From contig CAVTSO010000013.1 of the NCBI GenBank assembly GCA_963737445.1, positions 24,756-88,755 on the forward strand: a stretch of 64,000 nt of DNA. The letters run 5' to 3'. Of this stretch, positions 1 through 8,289 are shown one piece after another (within the stretch, counting starts at the first letter, position 1; each line of letters opens with the position of its first letter). A model generated the notes under the pieces. The model had not been told where the DNA came from, made no database searches, and was given only the letters and a program-made list of their open reading frames with translations. Position numbers and translations under genes: made by a program. The DNA is from an uncultured Actinomycetes bacterium. Lineage in GTDB: Bacteria; Actinomycetota; Thermoleophilia; Gaiellales; JAICJC01.

Positions 1-15
1 CGGCCCCAGTCACGC

Positions 16-708
16 TTGGCCTCTGACGCAAACCTCGACTCGGTCTGGGCCTCGCAGACCCATGAAGCAGTGTTGATCTGGAAGTCTGGCGTGTTTGAGA
101 CCATCAAACCCTGGGGCTGCCATTGCGACCCAACCGCGCTTCGCAAGATGCCTCACGGCTTTCGCTACCTCAACCTGAACGGCTGGCCCGCCACGACCGC
201 AGCATCCAACCCCGACCAGCGTACCTTTATCGGCCCCGAGTCCAAAGCACAGGAGAAGTACGGCGTCCCAGCCAGCGTCGAAGTCGTCAACAACGGCCTC
301 GACATTACCCTCTACCAGTACGGACGCAACGTGCAGCCGGGGCTACTGGCCGCCGCCGACACGCTGCCCAAACGACCGGCCACCGCACTGACGATCACCT
401 ACCAGCACAACGCATTCCAACACCACAAACTGGTGCTGCTGACTGGCAAACCGCTGTTCCTCTCCTGCGATCCGACAGGCGGAACAATCCCCGACCCAGC
501 GGGAGCCTGCCAGTCAATCCAGAAGAACACGGCCCGCTACGTCGGCAAGACAACCGGCGGTTGCATCGGCGGTGTGATCCGCTGGAACGTCACGATCACC
601 GGCGTCGTTGACGGCAACCCCGTCACGCGCAACTACGACATGTGCGCCAACCAAGCCCGCGCCTGGTCAGCACTTGGAGGCAGCACCGTGCCAGGCGTCG
701 CGGGTTAA
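16..708 (+). CDS. hypothetical (probably secreted) protein with C-terminal subtilisin-inhibitor (SSI)-like domain; possibly 5'-partial
   Basis: The frame stays open from nt 1 to the TTG at 16, so the gene may start left of the window. The C-terminal ~90 aa carry a four-Cys SSI-like pattern (LSCDPTGGTIPDPAGAC...GGC...DMC). By eye it is less GC-rich than the downstream genes. Confidence 0.45.
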   Translation: MASDANLDSVWASQTHEAVLIWKSGVFETIKPWGCHCDPTALRKMPHGFRYLNLNGWPATTAASNPDQRTFIGPESKAQEKYGVPASVEVVNNGLDITLYQYGRNVQPGLLAAADTLPKRPATALTITYQHNAFQHHKLVLLTGKPLFLSCDPTGGTIPDPAGACQSIQKNTARYVGKTTGGCIGGVIRWNVTITGVVDGNPVTRNYDMCANQARAWSALGGSTVPGVAG

Positions 709-944
709 CGCACCAGCCCGGCGGACACGGCAGCAGCCCCTCCGGGTATTGAATGGGGTTGGTGAGGTAGTCGTCGGAGGTGCGGTGACAAGGCTGCCGC
801 GTGGTCGGGATGTGGTAAGCAGCGGTGGGTAACGATGGCGAACCGGCAGCGCCCTACACCGACGAGAACCGCATGAGCTAGCCAAATCGGGCAACCACGG
901 CTAATAACCGAAAAGCGAGCGGGCCGCTTTACACGCAGGGGGTC

Positions 945-969
945 GGCGGTTCGATCCCGTCACCGCCCA
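945..969 (+). other. tRNA-like 3' fragment (T-arm plus 3' acceptor strand) with no matching 5' half
   Basis: GGCGG-TTCGATC-CCGTC forms a T-arm, followed by ACCGCCC and a discriminator A. I found no complementary GGGCGGT 5' acceptor, D-arm or anticodon arm within the preceding ~250 nt. Confidence 0.4.
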
Positions 970-1623
970 TCGCGAGGTCGAGATAGTGACCGCTCCCGGA
1001 CCGCGTAGGTCAGGTGGGTCACCCGCTGCGTCGGCTCCGCGCGGACCGGCTCAAGGGCCACGCGGCCCGCGTCCACGCCCTCGAACAGGCGGACTCCGGA
1101 GCCGAACAGCACGGGTGAGAGCGCGATCGAGAACTCGTCGATCAGGCCGGCGTTCACGTACTCCAGGATCGTCGCGCCGCCGCCCGCGATGCGGACGTCT
1201 CGGTCGCCGGCGGCCTCGCGGGCCCGGTCGAGCGCGGTCTCGATGCCGTCGTTGACGAAGTGGAAGGTGGTCCCGCCCGGCCGCTCCCAGGGGTCACGCT
1301 GCTCGTGCGTCACGACGAAGACCGGCGTGTGGAACGGCGCCTCCTCCGGCCACGCCTGCTCGCCGAGCGTCGAACATGCGCTTGCCCATCACGCTCGCGC
1401 CCGTGCGCTCGAACGTCTCCCGCGCGATGTCGTTGTCGCGCCCCTCCTCGCCGCCCTCGCCGAGCTTCAGGTTCTCCCGGAAGAACCGCTGCGGGAATAT
1501 CCACTGCTGCAGCTCCATCCACTGCGCCATCCAGCGCTGCCCATCCGGGTCGTCCGTGCGCTGCTCGGGCGCGATGAACCCGTCCAGCGACATCGTCACG
1601 CTGAAGAACACCTTGCCGGCCAT
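960..1623 (-). pseudogene. RibD_C-type dihydrofolate reductase family protein, split by an apparent 1-nt frameshift near 1366
   Basis: ORF 1294..1623 (MAGKVFFSVTMSLDGFIAPE...GKRMFD) continues in ORF 960..1313's frame (..LGEQAWPEEAPFHTPVFVVTHEQRDPWERPGGTTFHFV...IAGGGATILEYVNAGLIDEF). Together they make one typical RibD_C protein. Confidence 0.7.
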
Positions 1624-2136
1624 CAGTCCTCGACTCCCTTCCGAACGATCTCGGTGACGTAGGCGGCCAGGTTGCTCAGAGTCTGCTGGCCACCCTCGAT
1701 CGCGTGGTACTTCTCGACCGCCTCGTCGCGCAGCTGCTTGGTGGGGAACACCGTGCGCATCTCGATCCGGGTCGCCGCGCCGTCGGGCGCGAACGTGATG
1801 ACCGACTCGAAGGCGTTCGGGTCGCCGCGGGACTCACCGTGCAGCAGCGCGATCCGCTCCGGCGGGGCGATCTCGGTCCAGGAGATCCACTCCTGGTAGT
1901 CCGTCCCGTCCGGCCCGTGCATCACGAAGTCCCACTCCCCGCCGACGCGGAACTCGAACGCCCGCGTGGTGGTGGTGAACCCCTCCGGTCCCCACCATCG
2001 CGACAGGTGCCGGACCTGCGGTGAACGCCTCGAACACCAGCTCCCGCGGGGCGCCGATGACCCGGGAGATCACGATCTCGCGGTCGGCCGTCGCTGACTG
2101 CGCCGGCGCTCCCGTCCTGTCGCTTCCATCGGTCAC
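1623..2136 (-). pseudogene. SRPBCC / AHSA1 (activator of Hsp90 ATPase-like) family protein, apparent 1-nt frameshift near 2012
   Basis: The N-terminus (VTDGSD...REIVISRVIGAPRELVFEAFT) is in one frame. The remainder (HLSRWWGPEGFTTTTRAFEFRVGGEWDFVMHGPDGTDYQEW...) is in the frame of ORF 1623..1925. The GTG start at 2136 follows GGAGGA and overlaps the arsR stop (GTGA); the stop overlaps the next start (TGATG). Confidence 0.65.
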
Positions 2137-2501
2137 TCCTCCTGCCTTGCCTGCTTGAGGTCCTGCACGTACGCGTCCAGCCGGTCGAAGCTCTCGTTCC
2201 AGAACCGCTCGAACCCGCCGGTCCACTCGTGGACCGGTCGCAGCCCGCGGGCGTCCAGGCCGTACAGGCGCTGCTTGCCGGCCTTGCGGTCCCGCACCAG
2301 CCCGACCTCCCGGAGCACCCGCAGGTGTTTGGACGCCCCCGGCTGGGTCATCCCCAGCTCCCGGGCCAGCTCGGTCACCGGCCGCTCACCCGCCCGCAGC
2401 AGCACCAGGATCTCCCGGCGCTGCGGCTCGGCGATCGCGTTGAAGACGTCCGACGTCGTCGCTGCTCGTGCCATGGCGTCATCATATTCCGATATCGGCA
2501 T
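2133..2501 (-). CDS. ArsR/SmtB family transcriptional regulator
   Basis: Winged-HTH signature FNAIAEPQRREILVLLRAGERPVTELARELGMTQPGASKHLRVLREVGLV. The start is uncertain: ATG at 2501 or ATG at 2474. Confidence 0.85.
   Translation of the reverse strand: MPISEYDDAMARAATTSDVFNAIAEPQRREILVLLRAGERPVTELARELGMTQPGASKHLRVLREVGLVRDRKAGKQRLYGLDARGLRPVHEWTGGFERFWNESFDRLDAYVQDLKQARQEE
2489..2498. promoter_or_regulatory. 10-bp perfect palindrome CCGATATCGG in an AT-rich patch at the arsR 5' end (candidate operator)
   Basis: The palindrome was read directly. It lies upstream of the alternative ATG at 2474, or inside the first codons if 2501 is the true start. Confidence 0.3.
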
Positions 2502-2782
2502 ACGTCAAGCCGGAGGAATCAGGCGGGTGTTGTCAGATCGGTGTCCCTCGACGACCTGTCCCCAGCCCGTTGCACTCGAGCGGTCGCAACGGGGCCGAAC
2601 CGGTGCTGACGCGCAGCAGCCGGCCGCGTCCGCTGTGCGCGATCGCCTATCCGACCGCCCCGTTCGGGACGGTCACGAAGCGCTTCAACGACTTCCGAAG
2701 CGCGTACATGCAGAACCCTTGCCCGGCGGGCTAAGTTGACCTGACCGGCTGGAACCTGCGGCCCGATCACGCGAGGGCTAGG

Positions 2783-3190
2783 CTAAGCTGCCGGGTCGCG
2801 CCCGAAGTCGAGACGCCGCTTGATCAGTTCCCGCAGGTGCTCGGCCGTCTCCGGGGAGCGGCGTTCGATCGCCCACACGTCGCGCTTGAGCAGCGCGATC
2901 AGGCGTACGGGCGAGGTGGCGACGACCGTGGCCATGCGGATCCCGGCCGCCAGCACGGCCACCTCGCCGAAGACGTCGCCTGCACCCAGCGTGGCCAGTC
3001 GCTGGCCGTTCGCGCTCACCTCGACGGTGCCGCTCTCGATCGCGAACATCGCGTGACCGAGATCGCCCTGCGTCGCCAGCGTCTCCCCCTCGGCCGCCTC
3101 CACCTCGACCGCCGCGGCAGCGATCGTGGCCAGATCGGCCTCGTCGAGATCAGCAAACAGCGGGATCGCGGCCAGCCTGGACGTTTCCAT
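2783..3190 (-). CDS. cyclic nucleotide-binding domain protein
   Basis: cNMP-binding fold motifs are present: IPLFADLDEADL...GDLGHAMFAIESGTVEV...LGAGDVFGEVAVL. I chose the METSRL start at 3190. Confidence 0.75.
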   Translation of the reverse strand: METSRLAAIPLFADLDEADLATIAAAAVEVEAAEGETLATQGDLGHAMFAIESGTVEVSANGQRLATLGAGDVFGEVAVLAAGIRMATVVATSPVRLIALLKRDVWAIERRSPETAEHLRELIKRRLDFGRDPAA

Positions 3191-3300
3191 AGCGGACACG
3201 GTAGTGACCGGCCCCGGCCGCGAGGGTGTGCTCCGGTGAACAAGCGGTTGAGAAGTGGTGAAGGCACTCGATGGGATGAGCACCGCGGCTGGCTAGACTC

Positions 3301-3862
3301 GTGTGCATGGCCGACCCGGTTGCCCATCCCGCCACGTCCGCCGACCTGCGCCGGTCGGCCACTCGCCCCACCCGCGAGCAGTACTTCATGCTGCTGGCGG
3401 TGGCCACGCGCGAACGCGCCAACTGCCTGCGGCGGCACGTGGGCGCGGTGCTGGTGGCCGACCAGCGCATCATCGCCACCGGGTACAACGGAACACCCAC
3501 CGGCTTCCCGAACTGCGACGAGGGCGGCTGCCACCGCTGCTCGCACCCCGAGAGCTACGCCGAGGGCCGAGGCTACGACATCTGCATCTGCGTGCACGCC
3601 GAGCAGAACGCGGTGCTGCAGGCGGCGAAGCTCGGCTACTCCGTGCAGGGCGCAGCCTGCTACTCGACGCTGCGGCCCTGCTTCGGCTGCCTCAAGGAGC
3701 TGTACCAGTCCGGCGTCAGCGCCGTTCGCTACCTGAACGAGTGGACGCCGAGCGACCCGGTTGAGGCCGCGGCGTACGACTCGCTGCTGGGCGAGACTGG
3801 CGGGCCGCGGCGTGGTGGTCGCGCCGCTGGAGCTGCCGGCCGAGCTGCTCGATCTGCGCTGA
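3301..3862 (+). pseudogene. dCMP/CMP deaminase (ComEB-like) with apparent +1 frameshift near 3790
   Basis: Zinc motifs VHAEQNA and PCFGCLKEL are present. After ..AAYDSLLG the tracked ORF becomes Arg/Gly/Ala junk to 4008 and overlaps the convergent gene. The +1 frame reads ARLAGRGVVVAPLELPAELLDLR and stops at 3860-3862, just before the neighbour's stop at 3869. Confidence 0.6.
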
Positions 3863-3868
3863 CCGCGG

Positions 3869-4222
3869 TCAGGCGGTGCGGCGGAGCTTGCGCGGCTCGT
3901 CGCCCCAGTCGAACGAGAGCGCCTCGTCCGCGGGGATGGCGGGCTCCATGGGCACGATCGGCGCCACCTCTGCCGGCCTGGCCGGCTGATCCTCCAGGTC
4001 GACCGTGACGACGGCGCGCAGCGGCGTCATCCGCGGTCGGCGGCTGGGGGCGACCTCGCTCGCCCGCGGCGTGCGCTCGATCCGGGCCATGTGCAGGGTG
4101 TGCAGCGAAAAGCGCCAGGCCTGCAGCTCGAGCTCGGCCAGCGGCGGTGCCTGGCAGGCCGGGCAGGGCGTCAGCGGCCGCTTGTCCTGGTTGCACTGAT
4201 GACAGGCGATGGTGATCTGCAT
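3869..4222 (-). CDS. hypothetical protein with N-terminal CxxC...CxxC zinc-ribbon-like motif
   Basis: MQITIACHQCNQDKRPLTPCPACQ. The composition is unlike the shadow ORFs. I recognised no family. Confidence 0.45.
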   Translation of the reverse strand: MQITIACHQCNQDKRPLTPCPACQAPPLAELELQAWRFSLHTLHMARIERTPRASEVAPSRRPRMTPLRAVVTVDLEDQPARPAEVAPIVPMEPAIPADEALSFDWGDEPRKLRRTA

Positions 4223-4302
4223 CCCGATCCTTTCGGCATCCCGCGTCCCGACCTTGAGCCGCCGTCCTCAAGTTTGCGGCCGCGCGAGCCGACGTTTGAA
4301 GC

Positions 4303-5388
4303 ATGCACCGGGATGCCCTACGCCCGCTGCCGCGGTTGTTCGGGGTTGCCTGGGTCGCCATCCTGCTCGCGGTGTGCGCGGCGCTTGCCCACGCCGGCCC
4401 AGCCGCCGCCAACCCCGAGCTGGACCAGAAGAAGGCGCAGCTTGCGAAGGTCCGCCACGAGGTGCAGGCGCTCGACGGTCGCGTCGAGCTGCTGACCGAG
4501 CAGTACGACGGGGCGGTGGTGCGTCTGCACCAGCTGAAGGTGCAGATCAGGCGGGCGACCCGCCGCCTGCGGGCGGCCGAGATCCATCTCGCCTACGAGC
4601 AGAGCGTGCTCGCGAACCTGATGGTGGCCCGCTACAAGGGCCTCGACGCGACCACGCTCGACATCGTGCTGGGCGCGTCGTCGCTCGACCAGGTGACGGG
4701 GTCGCTCGACATCCAGGCGCGCTTCGACGCCGCGGTGACCGAGGCCGTCGACCAGATCCAGATCGCAAAGGACACGATCCAGGCCCAGCGCCTGCAGTTG
4801 ATCGCGACCCGCGTCCAGGTGCTCGCCGAGAAACGGATGATCGCCAAGCGGCGCGACAAGATCACGGGATTGCTCCGCCGCCGCCGGCGCCTGATGCGCT
4901 CGCTGGGCACGCAGGTGCGGATCGGCGAGGCCGCGGATTCGATCGGCCAGGCCCATGTCGCCTTGGAAGCTGCCGCGTGGGTGCGCCAGGACATGAAGCA
5001 GAACCAGGGCGATCCGGGCGCGGTGCTCCGCGATCAGGTGGTGCTGGACGGGCTCGGCCAGATCGGCGTGCCCTACGTGTGGGGCGGCGCATCGCCCCAG
5101 ACCGGGTTTGACTGCTCCGGCCTGGTGATGTGGCTGTGGGCCCGGCACGGCGTGGCGCTGCCGCACTTCGCCGCCTCCCAGTACCACCTCGGCCCGTTCG
5201 TCGCCAAGAGCGACCTTCGGATCGGCGACCTCGTGTTCTTCCACGAGCTCGGGCACGTCGGCATCTACATCGGCCACGGCTACGTGCTGCACGCACCGCA
5301 CACGGGCGCCACGGTGGAGATCGAGTCGTTCAACATCCCCTGGTTCCAGAACACGTACGTCGGCGCCACCCGCCCCGGCCCTCCCTGA
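4303..5388 (+). CDS. secreted NlpC/P60 (C40) peptidoglycan hydrolase with N-terminal coiled-coil (RipA-like architecture)
   Basis: A signal peptide is followed by a long heptad-rich region. The catalytic core reads GVPYVWGGASPQTGFDCSGLVMWLW...GHVGIYIGHGYVLHAP. Confidence 0.85.
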   Translation: MHRDALRPLPRLFGVAWVAILLAVCAALAHAGPAAANPELDQKKAQLAKVRHEVQALDGRVELLTEQYDGAVVRLHQLKVQIRRATRRLRAAEIHLAYEQSVLANLMVARYKGLDATTLDIVLGASSLDQVTGSLDIQARFDAAVTEAVDQIQIAKDTIQAQRLQLIATRVQVLAEKRMIAKRRDKITGLLRRRRRLMRSLGTQVRIGEAADSIGQAHVALEAAAWVRQDMKQNQGDPGAVLRDQVVLDGLGQIGVPYVWGGASPQTGFDCSGLVMWLWARHGVALPHFAASQYHLGPFVAKSDLRIGDLVFFHELGHVGIYIGHGYVLHAPHTGATVEIESFNIPWFQNTYVGATRPGPP

Positions 5389-5429
5389 GAGCGGCCCTCC
5401 CCGCCGCCGCGGTGACGTAGGCTTCGGCG

Positions 5430-6812
5430 GTGCTGTTTCGACAGGTGCTGCATCCCGACCTCGGTTGCGCCTCCTACGTGATCGCGGACACGGCCGCCGG
5501 GCTGGGCGCGGTGGTCGACCCCAAGCGGGATGTCGCCGAGTACCTCGAGCTGGCGAGCGCCCACGGCTTCACGATCACGCACGTGATCGAGACCCACAAC
5601 CATGCCGACCACGTGTCCGGTCGCGCGGGCCTGGTCGAGGCCACCGGCGCGCGATCCTGGGTGAGCCCGCTGGCCGGGGCCGGGTATCCGCACGACCCGT
5701 TCGCAGACGGTGCCGAGATCGAGCTGGGCGAGGTGCGGCTGCGTGCGCTGCACGTGCCCGGCCATCGTCCCGAGCACACCGCCGTGGTGGTGGTCGACGG
5801 TTCCCGGTCCAGCCTGCCGTGCGCCGTTCTGACCGGCGACAGCCTGTTCGTGAACGACGTCGCCCGCCCCGACCTGGCCGTCGAGAAGCACGAGGGAGCG
5901 GCGCAGCTCTACCACGCCATCGGCCGGCTGCTGGAGCTGGACGACGGGGTCGAGGTGTTCCCCGGGCACACCGGTGGATCGCTCTGCGGCAGCGCTCGCA
6001 TGAGCGAGACAACGTCCTCCACGATCGGGTTCGAGCGCGCCAGCAACCCGATGCTGCGGCTGGGCGAGGAGTCCCTGTTCGTGACGGAGCTGATCCACGA
6101 CCTGCCGCCCCAGCCGCCCAACTTCAAGGCCATCGCCGAGGCCAACCGGGCCGGGACACGCGGCGTCGCCTCAGAGGTCGCGCCGTTCCCGCCCGAGCGG
6201 CTGGCCGCGGCCCTCGCCGCCGGCGCGCTGGTGATCGACGGGCGCGCGGCACCGGAGTACGACGCCGCGCACATACCGGGCACGATCGGCATCGACGCCT
6301 CCGTCAACGGGTTCGGGACGAAGGCGGCCTGGATCGCGGAGCCCGGAGGCGAGCTGGTGCTCGTCGCAGACGACGAGCCGCCGGCGCTGCACATGCAGGG
6401 ATTGCTGGAGTCGGTCGGCCTGTCCGCGGACGGCATGCTGGCCGGCGGATTCGCGGCCTGGACGGCGGCCGGGCTCGGCGTCGAGCGGTTCCAGGTGATG
6501 GACGTGGACGAGCTGTACGCCGCCGGCGACCGGGTGCAGATCCTGGACGTGCGCGACCAGCACGAGTGGGACGAGCAGCGCATCACCGGATCGCAGCACG
6601 TGGTCTACCACGACGCCGGGCGGGTGATCCCGCCGCTCGATCGCGACCGGCCGGTGGCCGTGATCTGCACGACCGGGCGCCGCAGCGCGATGGCGGTGGG
6701 ACTGGTGCGCCGATCCGGCTTCGCCGAGGTGATCCACGTCACCGCCGGCGGCGTCGGCACCTGGGCGGCGCGGGGCTACCCGATCGAGCAGACGCAGCCG
6801 GCCGCGGTATGA
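5430..6812 (+). CDS. MBL-fold (ETHE1/persulfide dioxygenase-like) hydrolase fused to two rhodanese domains
   Basis: HNHADHVSG metal motif at the N-terminus. Two C-terminal rhodanese-like modules follow; the second has the active-site loop VAVICTTGRRS. Confidence 0.8.
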   Translation: MLFRQVLHPDLGCASYVIADTAAGLGAVVDPKRDVAEYLELASAHGFTITHVIETHNHADHVSGRAGLVEATGARSWVSPLAGAGYPHDPFADGAEIELGEVRLRALHVPGHRPEHTAVVVVDGSRSSLPCAVLTGDSLFVNDVARPDLAVEKHEGAAQLYHAIGRLLELDDGVEVFPGHTGGSLCGSARMSETTSSTIGFERASNPMLRLGEESLFVTELIHDLPPQPPNFKAIAEANRAGTRGVASEVAPFPPERLAAALAAGALVIDGRAAPEYDAAHIPGTIGIDASVNGFGTKAAWIAEPGGELVLVADDEPPALHMQGLLESVGLSADGMLAGGFAAWTAAGLGVERFQVMDVDELYAAGDRVQILDVRDQHEWDEQRITGSQHVVYHDAGRVIPPLDRDRPVAVICTTGRRSAMAVGLVRRSGFAEVIHVTAGGVGTWAARGYPIEQTQPAAV

Positions 6813-7135
6813 GTGCTCCCGAGCTGTCGGCAACCGACGTGGCGGCCGCGCTGGAGCGCGGCGAGCTGGCCGCCGTCGACGTGCGCGAGCCGGGCGAGTG
6901 GGACGCCGGTCACATTACCGACGCGCTCTGGATCCCGATGGGCGAGTTCGCCGACCGCGTCTCGGAGCTGCCGGAAGGGCGGCTGGCGATCGTCTGCCGC
7001 AGCGGCGCACGCAGCGGGGTGGTGGCAGACTGGCTGGAGCGGTCCGGGGTCGATGCCGTCAACCTGGCCGGTGGCATGCAGGCCTGGCACGCCGCCTCGC
7101 TGCCGATCGAACCGGTGGACGGCTGGATCGCGTGA
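6809..7135 (+). CDS. single-domain rhodanese sulfurtransferase
   Basis: DVREPGEWDAGHI...LAIVCRSGARSG active-site loop. The ATG at 6809 overlaps the upstream stop (ATGA). Confidence 0.8.
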   Translation: MSAPELSATDVAAALERGELAAVDVREPGEWDAGHITDALWIPMGEFADRVSELPEGRLAIVCRSGARSGVVADWLERSGVDAVNLAGGMQAWHAASLPIEPVDGWIA

Positions 7136-8040
7136 GCGTGCGGGTGGGCACCTGCTCCTGGGCGGACGAATCGCTCAGCAAGCTTTGGTACCCGCCCGGT
7201 GTCGGCTCGGCCGAGGCGCGCCTGCGCTGGTACGCGGAGCATTTCGACACGGTCGAGGTCAACTCCAGCTACTACGCCCTGCCCACCGAGGAGATGGCGA
7301 CCGCCTGGGCGCAACGTACGCCGCCCGGGTTCGTGTTCCACGTCAAGGCGTTCGGGATGATGACCCGCCACCCGGTGCGGGTCGAGCAGCTGCCGCCGGA
7401 CATGCGCTCGGAGGCCGAGTTCGACGAGCGGGGCCGGATCGACCGCCCCTCACGGGAGCTGCGAAGCGCGGTTTTCCGGCGCTTCCTGCGCGCCGTCGAG
7501 CCCCTGCGTGAGGCCGGGAAGCTGGGCGGCGTGCTGATGCAGCTGCCCCAATACGTGGTCTTCAAGCCGTCGTCGTTCGCCTATCTGGAGTGGGCGCGGG
7601 AGCAGCTCACCGATCATCACATGCTGGTCGAGTTTCGCCACCGCAGCTGGCTCACCGACGAGCACCGCGAGCAGACGCTGGCCTTCCTGGAGCGGCTGCC
7701 GGCCACCTACGTGATCGTCGACGCACCGCGGGTGACGTCGGACAACGTCGCTCCCACCGTCGTCGCGCGCACGTCGGACACCGCCTACCTGCGGCTGCAC
7801 GGGCGCAACGCGGCGACCTGGAACGCTCGTGGCGGCGGCGCCGCGAAGCGGTTCGACCACCTCTACTCGCAGGACGAGCTCGCGGAGTGGGTGGGGCCGC
7901 TGCGGGAGCTGGCCGGCTGCGCCCGCGAGGTGTTCGCGATGTTCAACAACAACGGCCGCAGCACCGACGTCAACGGCAATCCATTCGCCCAGGCACCGGC
8001 CAACGCCGCTCAGCTGCTGGAGCTGCTGAAGGAGTCATAG
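7132..8040 (+). CDS. DUF72 family protein
   Basis: VRVGTCSWADESL...WYAEHFDTVEVNSSYYALP is the typical DUF72 N-terminus. The GTG at 7132 overlaps the rhodanese stop (GTGA). Confidence 0.8.
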   Translation: MSVRVGTCSWADESLSKLWYPPGVGSAEARLRWYAEHFDTVEVNSSYYALPTEEMATAWAQRTPPGFVFHVKAFGMMTRHPVRVEQLPPDMRSEAEFDERGRIDRPSRELRSAVFRRFLRAVEPLREAGKLGGVLMQLPQYVVFKPSSFAYLEWAREQLTDHHMLVEFRHRSWLTDEHREQTLAFLERLPATYVIVDAPRVTSDNVAPTVVARTSDTAYLRLHGRNAATWNARGGGAAKRFDHLYSQDELAEWVGPLRELAGCAREVFAMFNNNGRSTDVNGNPFAQAPANAAQLLELLKES

Positions 8041-8289
8041 AGGCCGGTCGCGGCCGCCCGGTGAACCTGGGGAGGGCATACCGGGCGGCCGGAGGGAGAC
8101 ACGCCGGCCCGGTCAAGCCGGCGCTTGCGACTGGCGGCCACGGTTGTCTGCGTCGTGACCATTCGAGGGGTCTGATTCCTCGGTCGCAGCTACTGTCCCA
8201 CGCGTACTTTGGTGGAAGATTGGAGCGCCGGACCCGGTCCCTGACGGGCCTGAGGCACGGCCAAGACGACGGCCGTCGCCGATGTCTGC

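Noticed and set aside
753-969. Possible complete tmRNA (T-arm-like 3' end, TAA TAA double stop, GGGGTTGG.. upstream)
   Set aside because: No 5' strand pairs cleanly with the ACCGCCC acceptor. The tag-like frame ends in ..SGNHG rather than a hydrophobic ..(L/V)AA tail. Only about 60 nt separate the stops from the 3' end, where pseudoknots PK2-4 should lie. I kept it only as a tRNA-like fragment.
5465-7135. 556-aa ORF spanning the MBL-rhodanese gene in another frame
   Set aside because: It is extremely Arg/Gly/Pro/Ala-rich with no recognisable motifs, so it is a typical high-GC shadow frame. Only its last 108 codons (6809-7135) are a real rhodanese gene with its own ATG.
8041-8289. Possible Moco riboswitch upstream of the molybdopterin oxidoreductase
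   Set aside because: I could not find the conserved Moco-motif core elements by eye, only generic GC-rich hairpins. It would need an Infernal scan (RF01055) to revisit.
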